The notes under the pieces were generated by a model that was not told the DNA's origin, did not search any database, and saw only the letters and a program-made list of their open reading frames with translations. From Sedimentisphaeraceae bacterium JB056 (GTDB taxonomy: Bacteria > Planctomycetota > Phycisphaerae > Sedimentisphaerales > Sedimentisphaeraceae): 64,000 nucleotides of DNA. The position numbers and the translations under genes were made by a program. How positions within the stretch are numbered: position 1 is the stretch's first letter; each line of letters opens with the position of its first letter. Of this stretch, positions 20,884 to 31,300 are shown in pieces. The stretch is taken from NCBI GenBank assembly GCA_044440125.1, contig JBITAJ010000021.1:160001-224000 (forward strand), written 5' to 3'.

Positions 20884-22017
20884 TTATTTAACTGCAATTT
20901 GCAATGCCTCTGCAATCATATACTTGTCTACCTCAACAGGTCCAAGAGTTGCATACAATTCCATATAACTGAATACTTCTGAGGCCATCTGCTGTATTTT
21001 ATCATTATCAGGATTATACTCTTTCAGCTTATTTGGAAAATCAATTTGTCCAAAAAAATCATTATATGCTTCAACAACATCATCATTCTTGCCACCGCTA
21101 AGAGTTTGAGCAATCCATTGATGTTTCTCTTTCATACCATGCTTGTTAATTTCAAGCATAGCCGGATAAATTGTATTTAAAGCATCGCCATGAGCAATAT
21201 TATGATAATGCCCGCCTATAACATGAGCCAAAACGTGAGCAACTGTCACTCCTCCATGGCTGATCGCTATACCGCCAAATGTATCGGCTATCGCCATCGC
21301 TTCCCTTGCCTGCAGATCATTTCCATTTTTGTAAACAGAGTGCAAATTATCCGCCACAAGCTCAATAGCTCTTCTTGCATACATATCAACTACCGGAGAA
21401 GACCACTTTGAGGTATAAGCCTCAACCGCATGAGTAAAAACATCCGCCCCCGTTATCGCCGTCAGTTGCGGCGGCATGCTTGAAGTAAGCAAAGGGTCTA
21501 CGATAGCAACCTTCGGAAACAGGAAAGGTCCACCAAAGCCCGGTTTCTGATTTGTCTCAGGATTAGTAATCACCGCAAACGGAGTACACTGACTGCCGGT
21601 TCCTGAAGTAGTTGTTATGGCAATTATCGGTAAAGTCTTATCTGTAGCCTGCTTATCACCGATAGCATAGGACCATATAGAGCCTTCATGGCTTGCCGCA
21701 ACTGCTATAGCCTTAGCTGTATCTATACTGGAACCACCCCCTATACCTATAATAATATCGCAGCTTTCTTCTCTTGCAAGCTCGCCTCCGGCATCAACAA
21801 TATCAGTAGTCGGATTCGGCACAACCTTATCATAAACTACAGACTGAATATCTGACTCAGATAACAACTGAGATAATTTATTTGCAAGACCTGACATCAC
21901 TGCAAACGAATCGCATGCTATCATCGCCTTACGCCCAAAAGCCGAAACAATATTGCCTGACTCTTCAAATGCACCAACACCAGCGACAATTCGTACCGTA
22001 TGATTAAATTCAAACAT
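20884..22017 (-). CDS. Iron-containing alcohol dehydrogenase (likely start ATG 22017)
   Basis: GGGSSIDTAK, TTSGTGS, DVFTHAVEAY, H...H metal ligands. RBS GAAAGG before 22017. Confidence 0.93.
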   Translation of the reverse strand: MFEFNHTVRIVAGVGAFEESGNIVSAFGRKAMIACDSFAVMSGLANKLSQLLSESDIQSVVYDKVVPNPTTDIVDAGGELAREESCDIIIGIGGGSSIDTAKAIAVAASHEGSIWSYAIGDKQATDKTLPIIAITTTSGTGSQCTPFAVITNPETNQKPGFGGPFLFPKVAIVDPLLTSSMPPQLTAITGADVFTHAVEAYTSKWSSPVVDMYARRAIELVADNLHSVYKNGNDLQAREAMAIADTFGGIAISHGGVTVAHVLAHVIGGHYHNIAHGDALNTIYPAMLEINKHGMKEKHQWIAQTLSGGKNDDVVEAYNDFFGQIDFPNKLKEYNPDNDKIQQMASEVFSYMELYATLGPVEVDKYMIAEALQIAVK

Positions 22018-22050
22018 CAATAAACCTTTCATAATATTAACACAAACCCA

Positions 22051-22121
22051 ATTATACACTACTTCAATTTATTGACAAGAAATATTTTATATATTTATAA
22101 CATCAATATAAATATATAAAA
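22051..22121 (-). promoter_or_regulatory. Promoter of the Fe-ADH/IclR/GRE operon and an upstream 15-7-15 perfect inverted repeat
   Basis: Minus strand TTGTCA-16-TATAAT (22078-22051). TTTTATATATTTATA-7-TATAAATATATAAAA at 22085-22121. Confidence 0.55.
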
Positions 22122-22837
22122 CAAGGCATATAATTTAGAATGATACTAAAAATGAAAGCTTGACACTGACACGCCAAGTTTTTGGCAAATGATGAAATTT
22201 TGGCGAACTCAAGTGATAGGGGACAACGTTTCTACTTTCTTACCCTAAACTTGAGTTACCTGATTCAGATATATTGGCTCATGTTTTTAGTCAATTTTCA
22301 ATGATAAGGAAATCCTTAACATCGAGTACATAAACCTGAATACCTTACGGTAAAATCGCGTAGGGCACAAAAACATCACAACCATAAATATCGATAAAAA
22401 AACAACGAGCCATTTTAACCTACAGTACCATTGTGCCAAGACTTATATGCATTCGGTATTAAACAAAGTCAAACTTCATTATTGTCTAAAACACATAAAC
22501 ATAATTACTATGCATCAAGTATAAAAAACAGCTCAAATTAAATCAATTAACCCATCAAAAAGCAAAAACACGTTAACGGATGAGTTTTTGAACCCCACGA
22601 CAATATTTATACTTTCTTTATCAGATCTCTCAATAAAGCCTCTTGCAAAAATACCAAGTCGATTTTAGGAGTTAACCAGGCAGATTCCAAACCTTTGCTT
22701 ATCTTCTCATAATCAAACGAAACAGAGGTCTGATAAGAACGAATCGTTATCTTCCTCTAATTGGAAATACTTTCAGTATAGGGAGATTGATTCAAAGCGA
22801 TTATATTATATTTAAAGTCAAAATTCAAATTATACAC

Positions 22838-23923
22838 TCAACGAAAAGTGTTGAAAACAGAATACATTGCGGCGACGTTTTCTGCGGGGATGTCGGGACC
22901 TAATATTTGACTTGGGGCGTAAATATAGCCTCCACCGGGAGTCATTATATCCAATATCCTCTTTGCCTCCATTTTTACCTGCTGGGGTGTACCGTAAGGC
23001 AGAAGCTGTTGAGTATCTATACCGCCGTGAAATGTGATTTTATCGCCAAGCTCACTTTTAAGTTTTTGCGGGTCCATACCTGTTGCCGTTACCTGCACAG
23101 GATCTATAATATCAACACTTGCCTCTATCAGAAGCGGGATTATCTCCGATATAGCCCCGCATGAATGCATCATTACTTTAAGACCATACGACTTCGCATT
23201 ATCGGCAAGCTTCTTGAAACCGGGGATAAAAAACTCGCTGAGCATCTGCGGACTGAAAAGCAATGCCGCCTGCGAACCAAGATCGTTTCCAAAAAACCAC
23301 ACATCAATACGCCCTTTGAACTGCTCAAAAAGATGATTATTGAGTTCAAGATAAAAATCAGTCATTCGATTTATAAGCGTTTTTATCATTGTCGGATTCA
23401 TGGCAATATTGAGCAAAAAATTCTCAAAACCATGCATACGATAACAATCGCCGAGTATGCCTGACCAAAAACCTCCAATAATCACACGCTCTTTATTTGC
23501 CTCGATTTCCTCATTAAAGCCGCTAAAATCGAAATCGCTTATTTTAGGCCATTGGTAATCAAGTATATCCTTCTCTGTCTGGGCATTTTTTAATGGAGAC
23601 TCTATCGCATCATCCACCGCAAATTTTGAATCGTAAGCTCCACGCTGCCATTTTATCCCGAATGGACAAACCCGCTCATTATCATTAATCACGCCTGCAC
23701 ATAAACCTCTATAAAATGGCAGTGAAGATTCATTCTGTGAAATATCACGGCAAGACAGATAATAAAAATCACTGCCGATAATATCAAGCAGTTCGGCTTC
23801 GGTCTTTATGCCGTAATAATCCTTTATCGCTCTGTCTGCCTGCGGAGATGCAAGATAATCTATTGGGGCTCTATCCGGTTGTTTATGATTAACTGCAGCT
23901 AAAAAACGTTCTCGTGATGTCAT
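22838..23923 (-). CDS. Uroporphyrinogen decarboxylase / MtaA-CmuA superfamily protein
   Basis: MTSRERFLAAVNHKQPDRAP, GNDLGSQ, MMHSCG, FHGGIDTQ, GGGYIYAP. Confidence 0.88.
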   Translation of the reverse strand: MTSRERFLAAVNHKQPDRAPIDYLASPQADRAIKDYYGIKTEAELLDIIGSDFYYLSCRDISQNESSLPFYRGLCAGVINDNERVCPFGIKWQRGAYDSKFAVDDAIESPLKNAQTEKDILDYQWPKISDFDFSGFNEEIEANKERVIIGGFWSGILGDCYRMHGFENFLLNIAMNPTMIKTLINRMTDFYLELNNHLFEQFKGRIDVWFFGNDLGSQAALLFSPQMLSEFFIPGFKKLADNAKSYGLKVMMHSCGAISEIIPLLIEASVDIIDPVQVTATGMDPQKLKSELGDKITFHGGIDTQQLLPYGTPQQVKMEAKRILDIMTPGGGYIYAPSQILGPDIPAENVAAMYSVFNTFR

Positions 23924-24990
23924 TGTTTGTATTTCCTGTAAAGGCGTTCATTTTCTTTATTTTCCATCTGCTGATTGTTTAAGGCGAGGGCTATTGCCAG
24001 GCCTTGAGGTGGGAGATTATCAAACATGAAATCCAGATCTTCTTCTGTTATAGCTCCCCAGATTATGAGCGGTTTTTTAGCGAGTATCTCTTTATGCACC
24101 CCAAAAAGCTCTTTCGCTCCTGGTCCACCCTCATCTATGTGAAGCTCCAGAGCAAGCATATCGGTATCAACAAGCTGTTTGTACGGATAGAAACCTGTCG
24201 GGTGCATGTGAGTGATACAGCCGTTAAATGCCGCAATCTGCTTCTCCACACAAGGAAGTATAAATTCGCTGTAAATATCAGGGCTGAGTATTGAACTTGC
24301 ATCTTCCTGAAGCCATACGGTACCGGCGGGAGCCCAGTTGTGGTAATAAAAAGAGCCTATGCCGCCGTGAAAATCGGGAATATGTTCAAGCTGCTGGGCG
24401 GCAAAGCTTATCCAATAGTCAGTCAGCTTTGTGCAAAGTTCTTTGATATGTTCGGCATCCTCAAAAAACTTAAACACAAGATTTTCATCGCCATAGATAC
24501 ATGCCAGCAAATCAGATATACCACGCAAACGAGGCGTTGCAAGCGGGAAACGTCCATTACTATGAGCGGCAAGTTTATCAAGAAACTCAACGCCCTTTTT
24601 CACCCACCCGTTATCAGAAGAATATTCCAGATTTACACTGCTAAGACTCTCCGGATGCTTGGCGTAGATACTGCCGGTAGAATGGTCGGCAAAAATCTCA
24701 CAGCCAAGAGCCGCCTCAAGCCACGGAATACCCCAAAACGAACTCGCGGCGAAAATAAAATCACCACCCGCCTGCTCATGCAAATCGAAAAGCCTGTCAT
24801 AATCGCCAAGCAAATCATCAACAACAAAATCATCCGGCGAAAGAGGCCTATCTGTCGGCAGATTGCATGTTGACCGATAACGAAACAAAGGATACTCAGA
24901 TTCGGCAAAAAAACCAAACAACGGCTTTGTATTATTTCGAGCATAAAACTGCTTAAAATTATCTATACGATGCTCAATAGAAAAAAACAT
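23920..24990 (-). CDS. Divergent UroD/MtaA-like TIM-barrel protein
   Basis: LRGISDLLA, WLQEDASSILSPDIYSEFILP, THMH; 4-bp overlap with the downstream UroD-like gene. Confidence 0.65.
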   Translation of the reverse strand: MFFSIEHRIDNFKQFYARNNTKPLFGFFAESEYPLFRYRSTCNLPTDRPLSPDDFVVDDLLGDYDRLFDLHEQAGGDFIFAASSFWGIPWLEAALGCEIFADHSTGSIYAKHPESLSSVNLEYSSDNGWVKKGVEFLDKLAAHSNGRFPLATPRLRGISDLLACIYGDENLVFKFFEDAEHIKELCTKLTDYWISFAAQQLEHIPDFHGGIGSFYYHNWAPAGTVWLQEDASSILSPDIYSEFILPCVEKQIAAFNGCITHMHPTGFYPYKQLVDTDMLALELHIDEGGPGAKELFGVHKEILAKKPLIIWGAITEEDLDFMFDNLPPQGLAIALALNNQQMENKENERLYRKYKQ

Positions 24991-25025
24991 ATTACCTCTT
25001 TAGATTTATCTTATAAAAATCAAAC

Positions 25026-26822
25026 TCACTTTTTACTAACTTTCAATATCGCCCATGGATTAAGAGCAGGAATATCTATAATAATTCGCCCATCGCCATC
25101 TTTGATAGTCTTTAACCCTGTAATTTTAGCAAAAGCCGAATAATCATTAACAATCAAGGCTGGTTTATAAATTTCTTCATCATAAGGCTGCGGCTGCAGT
25201 AATGAAAATTCAAGATCATCAAACTCAGCATAAAAGGCATTGTCAAAACACACGCTAAAAGATTCAGGGGCCGAGCGATTTATATTCTCAAGGCCCAGTT
25301 TCGAGAAATACAGACGGCTGCCATTGGCCCCTTCCTCAAGGAAGCTCATTTCTTCCTGTGTAGGACGTTTGCTAAGTGGCTTGCCCCAATCCACCATAAA
25401 TAACAGCACAGGTTTGGTCGGATCATCAATATCCAGATTCAGGAAGCCATATACGTAGCCGTTGCCGCCTTTGAAAGACACGATCTTTTCAAGCTCCGGT
25501 GAACGCTGCTCGATCTCCGGACCGATCGCGCCTACCTCACAATACACGCTCCAATTATTGACACGTATAAAACCGTAGATATCGGCATAGTCTTCGGGCT
25601 TGCCGAAATATCTCACATTACCGCTATTCCACTTATCCCACGGCACTTGGCAGGTATGACCGAGGCTGTAAGCGGTAGCGATCACTTTACGGGTAAGAGC
25701 CACTCTCTGGCGTTCAGTTGAATCCGCCTCTGTGGATATTTTGGGACAATTGAACATTTGGTGTTTGCCTAAGCTGCGTGCCACGCGGCTCCGATTGTGC
25801 AGGTGCCCGGGCCATGCGGTTCCGGCCATAAGCTCGGACATGCAAAAATCAAACTGCTGCTGAATTACACCCCACAATTGCAAAGATGTATTGTTGCATG
25901 ATAGCTGCACATCCACGCCCTTGTGCCTTGCATACTCCTTCACGGCTTCGGTAAGTCGCTGCCATAGCTTGGCGGCATGTTCGTCCCAATAACGCAGCCA
26001 CAAATCTTTGATCGGGTCATCATATTGATTAAAGGCAACTCCGACGGGGGCACCTGCTTCGATAAGGTATTGCTTATAATCGAAACTTTCGACATCACTT
26101 ATGCCCAGCTCAGATAATTTTTCAGTTGCAACATTTTCTTTGAGCCACAGCCTAAAACCATTAACCCCGCTTGGAGAAAATCCCCCGCCATAACGCGACG
26201 CGGCAAGTGCATCGCTACCCGGTTCATCACGCTGGATGGAAGTGCAGCCTTTATCGATTAACTTTTTCATATAAGCAAGATGCGCATCGAAATAAGCCGG
26301 ATTAGAAGTATCGCCTTCTATCAAACCTTGTTCTTTTGCCCAGGTTTTCCAGGCGAATACGATAGGTTCTCCGTTTAAATCAACGATCCCCATTGACTTT
26401 CGCCAGGTGTCAACATCTTTGACGTCAGAAGGCATGATACAAGTACCAAGCTCTCCGTTACACGTACCCCCAACCCTAATGTCCATACTTTCCACCCTGG
26501 CGATATTGTCCTGATCACTGCCGTCATCGTTGTTGAAATAAACCCAATCCAGGCGAGTGGCATAGAAATCATTCATAGCAGTGAACACATCGGCCTCGGG
26601 GCGGAACTTAAGCGTACGTATCGAGACATCATTTCTTGCCGGAGAGCATAAATCCTTCGTCTGCGGATAATTCTTGCATTGGGCTATTTCGTGGAAACGG
26701 GAAAAGACACCCGCCTCCTGCTTTCCAGATGCAGAGAAACCAACACATGCAAACACTAAAATTAAAAAGGAAATGCCTGCAAGCGACATGGCTTGCAGGC
26801 GATTGATAATATAATCAAACAT
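25026..26822 (-). CDS. Secreted protein of the unassigned putative glycosidase family (paralog A; start may be the second Met)
   Basis: Signal-like N-terminus; motifs ATRLDWVY, SIQRDEP, MSEL, AYSLG..VPWD, RYFG shared with three other proteins in the window. Confidence 0.75.
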   Translation of the reverse strand: MFDYIINRLQAMSLAGISFLILVFACVGFSASGKQEAGVFSRFHEIAQCKNYPQTKDLCSPARNDVSIRTLKFRPEADVFTAMNDFYATRLDWVYFNNDDGSDQDNIARVESMDIRVGGTCNGELGTCIMPSDVKDVDTWRKSMGIVDLNGEPIVFAWKTWAKEQGLIEGDTSNPAYFDAHLAYMKKLIDKGCTSIQRDEPGSDALAASRYGGGFSPSGVNGFRLWLKENVATEKLSELGISDVESFDYKQYLIEAGAPVGVAFNQYDDPIKDLWLRYWDEHAAKLWQRLTEAVKEYARHKGVDVQLSCNNTSLQLWGVIQQQFDFCMSELMAGTAWPGHLHNRSRVARSLGKHQMFNCPKISTEADSTERQRVALTRKVIATAYSLGHTCQVPWDKWNSGNVRYFGKPEDYADIYGFIRVNNWSVYCEVGAIGPEIEQRSPELEKIVSFKGGNGYVYGFLNLDIDDPTKPVLLFMVDWGKPLSKRPTQEEMSFLEEGANGSRLYFSKLGLENINRSAPESFSVCFDNAFYAEFDDLEFSLLQPQPYDEEIYKPALIVNDYSAFAKITGLKTIKDGDGRIIIDIPALNPWAILKVSKK

Positions 26823-26837
26823 TTCTAAAATCTCATA

Positions 26838-28289
26838 TTAAGGTTCTTTATGAACAACTAAGAAACCCCACGGACGATAACCGTCCAGATCGGTTGCCGA
26901 CATATATATATCAGCAGAGACGCCAACGTAAGTTACAGTTTTAGACCAGCTCTGAACCAGTCCGGAGAAATCTCCGGTAGATTGTGCCTGGTCATGAGCT
27001 GTCTGGTTATATCCATATGGACGATAAAATTTCACACTAAGATTAGCACTGTCACTGCCAAACATTCTTCCACGATCCAATCTAATCTTATAATTCGCAT
27101 CTGTGCAATCTTCCCACTCAACAATATGAACAACAACATCAGCACTATCCTGTCCCGGTTTACCTCGTACCATTAAATATACATCACCTGTAGTATTATA
27201 CTTATAAACAGGCTTTTTACTCCAGAATCTATCATCGCTTATATCTGTACCTAAGGCATAAGCATCTTCGTATCCATTAAGATAATCAGCAACTCCTCGT
27301 ACGAAACCATACATATGTGCATAGCTGCCAGGTAAACCAAAAAACCTTGGTTCACCGGGAATAAAAACATCCCATGGCACTATTGGATTTACACCTATTG
27401 CATATGAAAAACCTATCCAACGTCTATTCTTTAGATAATGATCACTGACCAAGGTTTGAATCTGGGCTTTACTGTTAGCTGCATAATATTGAGCCCATTC
27501 ATAAAGATGAGAAGGATCATCCCCTTCAGGTAAAGGTATTTCACCAACTCCTATGTAAAACATTCCATCCTCTATTGTAGAATAATTCCACTCCCCTCTA
27601 TAATTATTACAGCTAAACCTTACTGTTCCACCAGCATAATTATTAATCTGTGTTTGCAGATAATCATAATATGAGCGTACAAGAGTTTCATTCTGTGGAG
27701 TTACAGCAGGACTTACACAAGAACTGCAATAACAACCGCCCCAATCTACCGCATGATGATTAACTCTATAGTCATCAAACTGTAAAGAGTATGCACCTGC
27801 ATCTATACAGTCTTTCATTAAATCAAGTACTTTGGCACGATGTATTGGGTTATTACAACATCCAAACCAATAATCCCAACCTTGCATCCAAGGTGCTGTT
27901 ACGGAGTTGCCATTACTGTCACGTATTGTTCCACTTTCGTTATACTGATAGTCGCTGGGCATTGGAGAAGATATTGCACAGTTAAACTTATCTATACCCG
28001 CATTTTTACAAGCCTGAATAAAGTTAGAATCAGTTGTATAGCACCACTCCATACGTGTTGCATGGAAATCACCGACTGCCCCAACAGGATCATTAGGATC
28101 ACTACTATGATCCCAACGGGCACTCATACAAACATCGCTGTATTCAGGAGCAGCATATGTCCTTATCGGAGTAGTCGCTTCATCTGAAATTTGCCAGACT
28201 GATGCAAAAATAGCAGCATGCAGTATGGTTATGAAAACCAAGATTAAATTAACGTAATTTTTCACAATAGTCTCCTTAGAAATCAACAA
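26838..28289 (-). CDS. Secreted protein of the same unassigned family (paralog B, minimal form; start uncertain)
   Basis: SDVCMSARW, HATRMEWCY, SLQFDDY, VGEI, SYAIG..VPWD, RFFG, HIVEW, RPWG. Confidence 0.75.
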   Translation of the reverse strand: MLISKETIVKNYVNLILVFITILHAAIFASVWQISDEATTPIRTYAAPEYSDVCMSARWDHSSDPNDPVGAVGDFHATRMEWCYTTDSNFIQACKNAGIDKFNCAISSPMPSDYQYNESGTIRDSNGNSVTAPWMQGWDYWFGCCNNPIHRAKVLDLMKDCIDAGAYSLQFDDYRVNHHAVDWGGCYCSSCVSPAVTPQNETLVRSYYDYLQTQINNYAGGTVRFSCNNYRGEWNYSTIEDGMFYIGVGEIPLPEGDDPSHLYEWAQYYAANSKAQIQTLVSDHYLKNRRWIGFSYAIGVNPIVPWDVFIPGEPRFFGLPGSYAHMYGFVRGVADYLNGYEDAYALGTDISDDRFWSKKPVYKYNTTGDVYLMVRGKPGQDSADVVVHIVEWEDCTDANYKIRLDRGRMFGSDSANLSVKFYRPYGYNQTAHDQAQSTGDFSGLVQSWSKTVTYVGVSADIYMSATDLDGYRPWGFLVVHKEP

Positions 28290-28357
28290 GAAAAAGAATA
28301 TTTATCATCTGCCAAAATTAATCATGACAAACGCTACGTTCTTTAAATAAATACGTA

Positions 28358-31300
28358 TTAATTTACTGAGTAATTTAGGAACTCAGATGGGGTGAGCGGA
28401 TAATTCGACCATCTCATTTCATCGATCTGCCCTATAAATGCCCATGGATTGGTTTGCAGATTTCGCCCGCCAACCATCAGATTCCAGCCGCACAAAGAAC
28501 TATCGTCCCAATAATCACGCGCATCAGCCTGAAAAGCTAACACTCCGTCAATATATCCACGAACCTCTCCACCAATCGCTGCTGATGGATCCCATACTAA
28601 AGCTACATGTTTAAACTGACCAATCTCGAAAGTACCGCTCTGTGACCTGACAACAAAAGAACCGCCGGGATGGTCTAAAGCGAAAGAGATTCTTTCATAA
28701 GCAGAGTCATACTTCAACGCCCAACCGGTATAACCGCTAAAGCCGTCTCTTGTTCCAAAGATGATACCGCTCACAGAGCTTGAATCAGTAGGACGGATAT
28801 ATGCTTCACAGGTAAATGGAGAACTTCTCCTAAACTGGAATGGTGATGCAGGCACATTATTAACCACTGCGCTTTGTCCATCAAAATAGAGGGAAGCCAA
28901 ATTTTCCGAGGAATCTGATGATGAATTCCAAGGCAACGTATCATCAGAATTTGCGATTACGGCATAGTTAGCGGTATCAATAGCAACACTGCCCAATAGT
29001 GCCCTGAATGAATACGCTCCAATCGCATCACTGCCATCAGAATCAAGCTCCCAGTAGCAAAGAGTTTCATTCGTAGTTGTTGTAAATGAGAATACATCAC
29101 CTTTTTGGCAACATCCATCTGAAATAGAATCAACACGCCAATAGTAAGTACTACCCGCCTGCAGCAACTCTGACTTAAACTCATTGTCAATTGTATTAGA
29201 CACAAATTCGAGGCTGTCATAACCAGCGTGTTCAACAGCTATCTCATCAATTCCAAAATAAATATCGTATGAATCAGCTATATCCAGCCATCTTATCAAT
29301 GGCTGCGTTGATGTGTCTAACGCATTATCCGCCGGAAACAACGGCTCGGCTTTCTGTACATAGCAGGTAAGCCAGTTTTCTATATACGACTCAAGATCAT
29401 TTTGACCAACATACCCATCACCATCAATATCTCCAGTAGAGCTATAGCTAAGCCAACCCTGAGCTATTGTCTGTATATCCAACAAATCCACAGACAAATC
29501 GCTATTATTATCCGCAATATTAAGCTCGCAATTGTAATAGAATTTCTGTCTAAGAGAACCCACTCCATTTAGCCTTTTCAGCGATGGCGTAAGTTCCACG
29601 GAAATAGTTCCCTTAGGATAAGCATTATCGGGTGTGAATCTCGCAAGACTACCAAGCTTACTCCACGAACCGCTTATATTTTGATCGCTCTCAATATGCC
29701 GTACAGCTATCCCTGAATTGAGAGTAGCTGAATCAAGCTCCTTGTCAAACGAAAGCATTATAGACTGCATCGCTGTTACCAACTCATTATTGGTCGGATA
29801 ATACTCTACCGCATAAGCCGGTGCATTATCCCTAAGCTGCTGCCATCTTGAAGATTCATTCAATGGCAATGCTGTCTGCTTTCCTTTAGACACCATAAGC
29901 ACCGCCCAAGGCGAAAGCTCCGGTATCGCAACTGCAGTCTGACCATTGGCGAAACTGCCGCTAAGCACTGTTGTTTTCACATAGCAGGTATAGCTTAGAT
30001 TCTGCCAACTTGCTTCATAATCATCAGCATTATAATTATCTACCGGCTCCAGAAGAGTAAGCCTTAAATCATCACTGCCATCACCAAAAAACTTTATATT
30101 ATTAAGCGTAAGAGAGAAGCTGGCTTCTTTATCCCAGTCTATCAAATGAATCGCTACAGGCTCATCATTTTCACCAGGCTTAGCCCTTACAACCACCGCA
30201 ATACCATTATCAACTGCCGCTACAGGTTCATTTATTCCCGGTGCAGTCCCCCATGTATCACTGTATGGAGTATCCGGCACATGATAAACAGCCTTTGTTG
30301 TAGCTCCCCAATCCCACGCAAATTCATACCCATCAAGATATATCGCAATACCTCTGATAAAACCGAACATATCCGAAAAATTTTGCGGGTCCCCAAAGAA
30401 ACGCGATGCCTGATTCTGGTCTCCACCATCAGCAAGGTCTGTACCAAAACGATCAAAAGGAGCAAGCATATTAATTCCCTGCGCATAACTGTTACCGATA
30501 GACCGTCTTACTGTTTTTGAAAAATCAGCAAGATAAACCGGATCACTATACCCCCACGTACCAGGCGATGTCATAATCTGACTGCGGCTGACATTTTGAT
30601 ATGTCCGCATATTTTGCCCAATATTGTGGAAATGCTGAGCTGAAACATCCTGAATATTCGTCTCGCAACAGCCGTAATCAAGTCTGTAATCATCGCTAAC
30701 ACTGAAAAAAGAATCAGAATACACCGTATGTGATGAATTGTTGCCGTGAATAGGAAATTTAGATATGCCATATTGCTGATAGTAATATGCATCTAATTGA
30801 CCATGAAGCCACTGGTAAAACTCCGTTGTCGATTCAAAACCATCCTTACTACCGTTACAGTATTCACACCAGCAAGCTATATCATCATTCAAAACCGGAT
30901 CATCAAGCTGAATACTATCGGCTCCGGCATCAATACGGCTTTTAGCCTCACGAAGAAACGTTTGCTTAAATACCTCATTGTTTGCACAACCCATCAGATT
31001 ATCAAAACTATTTTTATGATAATTGCCATCTTCATCAACAATCTTGCCCAAAAGCGAAGTTCCTACACCGCCAGGTTCATCTTTAAGATTGTTTGTTTGT
31101 GCAAAAGACACACTAAGCCCTTCGGCTCTGACCTTAGATATAAAATCAATCTCATCACCATAAAGATATATCCATTCAAGCCTCGTAGCATGATACATCT
31201 TCATTGCCTCAAAACTATCCATCGGTATCTCTTCGGATGTTCCCAGAGTACCCCACCATTTCACATTTTCCTGATATCCCTCTCCACGCAGCCATCTGCT

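Noticed and set aside
22608..22757. Short minus-strand open stretch (…SVSFDYEKISKGLESAWLTPKIDLVFLQEALLRDLIKKV)
   Set aside because: About 50 codons, no good start or RBS, and no family recognised.
22838..24990. hemE / heme biosynthesis
   Set aside because: The HSCG motif and sugar-locus context fit the MtaA/CmuA-like branch, and no hem genes are nearby.
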